Below are positions 59,008 to 64,000 of a DNA stretch of 64,000 nucleotides, in pieces; positions within the stretch are counted from its first letter, which is position 1; every line of letters begins with the position of its first letter. The stretch is from Fervidobacterium sp. (GTDB taxonomy: Bacteria > Thermotogota > Thermotogae > Thermotogales > Fervidobacteriaceae): contig JBMFNR010000004.1 in NCBI GenBank assembly GCA_049970055.1, positions 71,647 to 135,646 on the forward strand. Reading direction: 5' to 3'. The translations under genes and the position numbers were made by a program. Below the pieces are notes generated by a model. It ran no database searches and had not been told where the DNA came from. It was given only the letters and a program-made list of their open reading frames with translations.

Positions 59008-60429
59008 TTAGCGATTCACAATGGTTAATGCTCGTTGAATAATTTCATCTCTACCGCTAAGTAGATATTCGATTCTGTCCTTACTTGATATTTCTATTTT
59101 TACGTCCGGCTCTAAACTTTTCTCCCCATCAGATTCGTTGAATGCGGAAGTAGGATAATAGAACACCGATCCTAGACCATCAAGAAATTGATATAACATA
59201 TCTGTAGTGTGATTTATTTTGCTTAATGTAGGCTCACCTATTGTTTTACCGGGGAACAACTTTTTGAAAGTGTAAGCGAAGTCTAAAGCTGCATTACCTG
59301 TGTATTTATCAAATAGAAGCCAAACTTCGGCCTTTATATTTGGATCTCTTGGCTCAAAATTGTGTATGATCGCAGTGGTAATGGCTTCTCCTGTTGTCTT
59401 TTCGTAGTCAATACCGTATTTTTCAAGCGTTTTCAACACGTAAGCGGAATTGATTAGCACGATGTTTCTTTTAACCGATAGTGGGTGTTGAATAAAATGT
59501 TCTAATACTTCTTTGAATATTGTGAACTCTTGTGCTGATGAACCTCGAATGTCTATGACTATTTTATCTAAATCCTTGTTATAAACAATCGCATTATCCA
59601 AGAATTCCCTAAATTTATTATACGAAACACCGGAAAGAGAAAAAGTTCTAATCTTAATTATACCCACATTTCCAATTCTATCAAAACTGTATGGTGCCTC
59701 AGAAAAAAGAGCATCAAATTGCGCGCTTAATTTTGGATAACTAAATAATGTTACAGTCTTAACTTTCGTACTTTTTTTCTCATTTTTAATTAAGTATTCT
59801 ACAATATACTCTTCCTGGTTGTAGAAGATCCAAACGAACCTTTTCTTTTTCCACAATAGCTCGGGTGAAAGCCAAAAAAGTGTGGGCAACTGTTGTTCTC
59901 TTGATTCATATGTATTTCCACTTGTGTAAGGTAAAAGCAGATTGATAAGTTCGTCTTTCTTTACCCCATTAACTGCAAGAATGTACGCCCCAACCGGAAT
60001 TCTTTCAGTTGCCGTGGTGCTAACTATAATATTTTTGTCAATAACTTTAACAGTAAATGGCAAGACACTGTAGATAGGATCATTGGGTACTGATAATTTC
60101 AAATTCTCATCATCAAGAATGGATAAAGCTGGTTGAACTAACGAAAAAGCTTCGATGGGGTGTAATTTTCTCTTTTTCGTATTTCTAGCATTCGAAAGCA
60201 ATTTATCTAATTCGCTAATAGTAATCTGTGATAATTTCTTCGGGTATACCTCTTTTATGGTTCTCATTATATACTGTAAGTTTTTGGCGAAAGCTTCAGC
60301 ACTGGTTAGTTTTTTTTCGTACTTGTAGAACTCAATGAGCCATGAAAGAAAAAAGGTTGTTAAAAACCCCGCAATAATGAAAGTTAAGATAAGTTTAGCA
60401 CCTGCTCTCAATGCACTCTCCCCTTTCAT
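59008..60429 (-). CDS. S41 peptidase-like protein with PDZ-like region and degenerate active site
   Basis: ILAVNG, GIIKIRTF, IDIRG, TIGEPT, LEPDV; TGNAALD in place of TxSAAE. Confidence 0.6.
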   Translation of the reverse strand: MKGESALRAGAKLILTFIIAGFLTTFFLSWLIEFYKYEKKLTSAEAFAKNLQYIMRTIKEVYPKKLSQITISELDKLLSNARNTKKRKLHPIEAFSLVQPALSILDDENLKLSVPNDPIYSVLPFTVKVIDKNIIVSTTATERIPVGAYILAVNGVKKDELINLLLPYTSGNTYESREQQLPTLFWLSPELLWKKKRFVWIFYNQEEYIVEYLIKNEKKSTKVKTVTLFSYPKLSAQFDALFSEAPYSFDRIGNVGIIKIRTFSLSGVSYNKFREFLDNAIVYNKDLDKIVIDIRGSSAQEFTIFKEVLEHFIQHPLSVKRNIVLINSAYVLKTLEKYGIDYEKTTGEAITTAIIHNFEPRDPNIKAEVWLLFDKYTGNAALDFAYTFKKLFPGKTIGEPTLSKINHTTDMLYQFLDGLGSVFYYPTSAFNESDGEKSLEPDVKIEISSKDRIEYLLSGRDEIIQRALTIVNR

Positions 60430-60463
60430 TTTGTATATTGACAGTTTTTGTATATCGACAGTT
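60430..60463. repeat. 17-bp tandem direct repeat (one mismatch) in a divergent promoter
   Basis: tttgtatattgacagtt / tttgtatatcgacagtt. Confidence 0.75.
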
Positions 60464-60535
60464 ATTATACCACTTTATGGTAAAATTAAATAAGTCTTAC
60501 TTGTATTGAATAATGAATCAGAGAGGGTGAATAAC

Positions 60536-62101
60536 TTGAGTGTACTTGCGATCGATTGTGGTACGCAAAGTTTAAGAGCAATTATATTTTCTGAAAAAGG
60601 TGAACTATTGGCCAAAGAAAAAGTTGAGTTTGAACCATATTATTCACTTGAAGTTGGTTGGGCAGAGCAGTCACCTGATGTATTTTGGAATGCATTATGT
60701 CAAGCAACTCAAAGACTATCAAAGAATTATTCTAAAGCCTTTCAAAATATTGAAGCTGTAACACTAACAACTCAACGTGCGACAGTTGTTGTTGTTAACG
60801 AAGAGGGTAAACCGCTAAGGGATGCATTCATCTGGCTTGATGAAAGGGAGGCAAAAGGCAAACCAAATTTCACTTTTATCGAAAACCTTGCATTTTCACT
60901 CATTGGGATGAAAGAAGCTGCACATATAGCTTGGCGAAAGAGTAAAGCAAATTATATGAAAGAGAATGAACCCGAACTTTGGAAAAATGTGCATAAATAC
61001 CTTTTACTTTCAGGTTACCTTACTTACAAACTTGTAGGTGAATTTGTTGATTCCAAGGCTTCTCAGGTTGGTTACATTCCCTTTGATTACAGAAACAAAG
61101 ATTGGTTTGAAAATCCAAATCATTACAAGTGGCGAATGTTTGGTGTGGAAAGAGGTAAACTTCCTATTCTTATTGAACCAACACAAGTTCTTGGATATGT
61201 AACTGAAAAAGCATCGCGAGAAACTGGTATAAAAAAAGGTTTACCGGTGATTGCTTCAGGTGCAGACAAACAGTGCGAAACGCTTGCCGTTGGTTGCTTT
61301 TCACCGGATGTTGCAAGCATCAGTTTAGGTACAACTGCGACAATTCAAACTACAACGGATAAATACATTGAACCAATACCATTTATGCCATCGTATCCAT
61401 CCATTGTTCCAGGTAAGTACAATCCCGAAATAGGTGTATTCAGAGGCTACTGGTTAATATCGTGGTTCAAAAAGGAATTAGCACACCACGAGGTTAGAGA
61501 AAGTGAATCATTAGGAACTACTGCGGAAAATTTGCTCAATCAAAGACTAAAGTCGATTCCAATTGGTAGTGAAGGATTAATGGTACATCCAACATGGACA
61601 GCGGGGCTTGACAAACCATTTTCAAGAGGTGCCATCATTGGTTTCTCCGATAAGCACACAAGAATACACATCTACCGTTCAATAATAGAGGGAATAAATT
61701 ACGCATTGATCGATGGACTCAAAAAAATACAGCGTAAAACAAAAATAAACATTAAACGTATAGGGCTCTCTGGCGGTGGTGCAGCTAGTGATGAGATATC
61801 TCAGATAACTGCGGATATGTTTGGTGTTCCGACATACAAAGTTCAAACAAATGAAACTTCAGCATTGGGGACTTCTATAGCAGCATTTATAGGGCTTGGC
61901 GTATACAAAAATGTTCAGGAAGCTGTCGAAAATATGGTTCACATCACTAAAGAATTTTATCCAGATCTAAGAAAACACCAAATATACGAGGAGTACTACA
62001 ATGAAGTCTATATCCATGTATGGGATGCTTTGAAAGAGTTGTATAAAAAGCTCGATTTCATAACAAAAAAGTGTAAGACACTGAGCAAGGCGGATAAGTA
62101 A
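60536..62101 (+). CDS. FGGY-family carbohydrate kinase
   Basis: AIDCGTQS, AEQSP, WLDER, GADKQC, LGTT, SGGG; gagggtga SD before TTG 60536. Confidence 0.9.
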   Translation: MSVLAIDCGTQSLRAIIFSEKGELLAKEKVEFEPYYSLEVGWAEQSPDVFWNALCQATQRLSKNYSKAFQNIEAVTLTTQRATVVVVNEEGKPLRDAFIWLDEREAKGKPNFTFIENLAFSLIGMKEAAHIAWRKSKANYMKENEPELWKNVHKYLLLSGYLTYKLVGEFVDSKASQVGYIPFDYRNKDWFENPNHYKWRMFGVERGKLPILIEPTQVLGYVTEKASRETGIKKGLPVIASGADKQCETLAVGCFSPDVASISLGTTATIQTTTDKYIEPIPFMPSYPSIVPGKYNPEIGVFRGYWLISWFKKELAHHEVRESESLGTTAENLLNQRLKSIPIGSEGLMVHPTWTAGLDKPFSRGAIIGFSDKHTRIHIYRSIIEGINYALIDGLKKIQRKTKINIKRIGLSGGGAASDEISQITADMFGVPTYKVQTNETSALGTSIAAFIGLGVYKNVQEAVENMVHITKEFYPDLRKHQIYEEYYNEVYIHVWDALKELYKKLDFITKKCKTLSKADK

Positions 62102-62228
62102 AAACTGGAATGAATAGTTCATATCGTTTTGTATGAAATATTTCTGAAAAATTAACACTTTATCATTGATTTGTAACCGTAAACTTTTGTAAAATAGTGC
62201 CACATTTTTTAATAGGAGGGGTCAGAGG

Positions 62229-63545
62229 ATGAAGAAGTACTTTCTTGTATTTTTAGCGCTTTTAGCGTTGGTTTTTGTGGTCTACAGTTGTACAAACGCA
62301 TTTGAACCACGAGGCTTTGAACCACGAGAGAACTTTGGTGTATCCGAAAAACTTGGTGAGTCTGGTACAGAGGAAGATTATGTACCTGGTGAATATGTAG
62401 TACAGATTGAAAACTCGGAAAATTCCATTAAAGCTCTAAGTGATAAGTTTCAAGTTGTTAGAATGCACACATTTGATGATGTAGCGATTGTTACAGTAAA
62501 GGCAGAAAACGAAGAACAATTGTTATCTATTCCTGGTGTGAAGTCGGTCGACAAAAATTACATATACAGAGCTTTAGCAACACCGAATGATACTTACTAC
62601 AAATATCAATGGCATTATAACAATATTAAACTCCCACAAGCATGGGACATAATAAAGTCTGCTAACATTGTTGTAGCAGTTGTAGATACCGGTGTAAGTT
62701 TTACACATCCAGACCTCCAGGGTATATTTGTTACTGGAAAAGATTTTGTTGATGGTGATTCCGATCCAACAGACCCTGCTCAAGACGTAAGTCACGGTAC
62801 GCATGTTATTGGTACCATAGCAGCTCTTACGAACAATAGCCTCGGAGTTGCGGGGGTTAACTGGGGTGGATATGGAATAAAGATAATGCCAATAAGAGTC
62901 CTTGGCGCAGATGGTTCGGGAACGCTTGACAATGTTGCAGCTGGCATTAGATGGGCAGCTGATAATGGAGCAAAAATTGTTAGTATGAGTCTTGGAGGCA
63001 GTGGTGCTCAAGTTCTTATGGATGCCGTTAAGTACGCATATAGCAAGAATGTAACGCTTGTGTGTGCAGCTGGAAACGAAAATAAATCATCACTATCGTA
63101 TCCAGCTGCTTACGTAGAAACGATAGCTGTCGGTGCAACGAGGTACGATAACAAACGTGCACCATATTCAAATTACAACTACACAACATATTACGATCCA
63201 TACAAAAAAGCTTATGTAAAACACTATCTCGATGTAGTAGCACCCGGTGGAGATACGAGCGTTGATCAAAACGGCGATGGTTACGCCGATGGTGTTCTCA
63301 GTACGACATGGACACCCACTAGCGGGAACACCTATATGTTCCTCCAAGGTACATCTATGGCAACACCACATGTTTCTGCACTTGCAGCAATGCTTTATGT
63401 GAAAGGTTATACAACACCAGAAGCGATTAGATCAAGGCTTATAAAGACAGCATATAAAATCCCAGGCTATACATATAGCTCAACTGGTTGGAACAAATAT
63501 GTAGGTTATGGCCTTATCGATGCATACAAAGCCTTAACATATTAG
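62229..63545 (+). CDS. S8 subtilisin-like serine protease, probable lipoprotein with propeptide
   Basis: Signal peptide ending VYSC; VAVVDTG, HGTHVIG, AAGN, GTSMATPH. Confidence 0.95.
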   Translation: MKKYFLVFLALLALVFVVYSCTNAFEPRGFEPRENFGVSEKLGESGTEEDYVPGEYVVQIENSENSIKALSDKFQVVRMHTFDDVAIVTVKAENEEQLLSIPGVKSVDKNYIYRALATPNDTYYKYQWHYNNIKLPQAWDIIKSANIVVAVVDTGVSFTHPDLQGIFVTGKDFVDGDSDPTDPAQDVSHGTHVIGTIAALTNNSLGVAGVNWGGYGIKIMPIRVLGADGSGTLDNVAAGIRWAADNGAKIVSMSLGGSGAQVLMDAVKYAYSKNVTLVCAAGNENKSSLSYPAAYVETIAVGATRYDNKRAPYSNYNYTTYYDPYKKAYVKHYLDVVAPGGDTSVDQNGDGYADGVLSTTWTPTSGNTYMFLQGTSMATPHVSALAAMLYVKGYTTPEAIRSRLIKTAYKIPGYTYSSTGWNKYVGYGLIDAYKALTY

Positions 63546-64000
63546 ATAGCAACCAATATAAACGCACTGAAAGACAACTACAGTAAATACAAAGAACAAC
63601 TTAAACCATATAAATTCAAAGGACAGGAAAACCACTTTGCACTGCTTTACTGTGCTATCGACGTTTTAGAGGCTGTGTTAAATGTAGAATTGTCGGATAC
63701 ACAAAAACAAACAATCATAGATACACTTGGCCAAATTGTGAAAGAGAACAGTGAAGAATATCAAGAAAAAACAGAAATAAACAGAGAGAAATTACAACAG
63801 CTTATCAAAGACTTCATATTACTGAAAAACTCACATTTTCCTACAGGTATGGAAAACCATATACCACAATCTATATACGGGAAAAGAGATGGAGACACCC
63901 TCTATATCACCAATATTGGACTGGAACAACTTTCCGAACATTTGAAGATTGATATCAAAAGCCTGAAAGAGTTAAAAATACCATCCCGTGGTAAGGATCT
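63546..64000 (+). pseudogene. Start-less open frame resembling the C-terminus of a DUF927-type mobile-element helicase/primase
   Basis: 151 stop-free codons to the window edge (IATNINALKDNY...FALLYCAIDVL...FILLKNSHF...IYGKRDGDTLYI); A/C-rich composition. Confidence 0.45.

Noticed and set aside
62131..62148. Rex-like site GTATGAAATATTTCTGAA before the protease
   Set aside because: The conserved TGTGA/TCACA arms are broken; only the AT core matches.
63543..63545. Pyrrolysine or programmed amber recoding of the protease
   Set aside because: No pyl genes in the window, the protease domain is complete at the TAG, and a mobile-element junction is the simpler explanation.
1..64000. CRISPR arrays, tRNA/rRNA genes, IS transposases, defence systems
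   Set aside because: No regularly spaced repeats, cloverleaf or rRNA-like segments, or transposase, integrase or nuclease motifs were seen by eye.

Overview
AT-rich bacterial chromosomal segment, most likely from a Thermotogae member (Fervidobacterium-like; inferred from gene content and protein style). It is mostly housekeeping: slyD, a partial pel-type polysaccharide pair (pelF + DUF2194), 5'-nucleotidase/niaR/pncA, a DEAD-box helicase, nqrBCDEF lacking nqrA, a sugar ABC transporter, a cytochrome-b5-repeat protein with a frameshifted His-rich membrane partner, folE2, the acpP/degV/fabFZKD/bioY/fabG cluster, ppdK, glmU-prs-rplY-pth, a proline/sarcosine-dehydrogenase-like Fe-S flavoprotein operon followed by a diguanylate cyclase, several peptidases (M42, M32, S8, and a catalytically degenerate S41-like protein) and a GH13 enzyme. 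I found no rRNA, tRNA, CRISPR array or intact transposase. The strongest leads are: (1) a 5' leader of the DEAD-box helicase that can form two mutually exclusive folds, one hiding the ribosome-binding site; (2) an NqrA-less, short-NqrB Nqr/Rnf-like complex with an unknown downstream gene; (3) an exported four-repeat cytochrome-b5 protein with a broken cytochrome-b-like partner; (4) a start-less open frame resembling a mobile-element helicase, in frame directly behind the S8 protease stop codon. All family assignments come from motif recognition by eye, not database searches.
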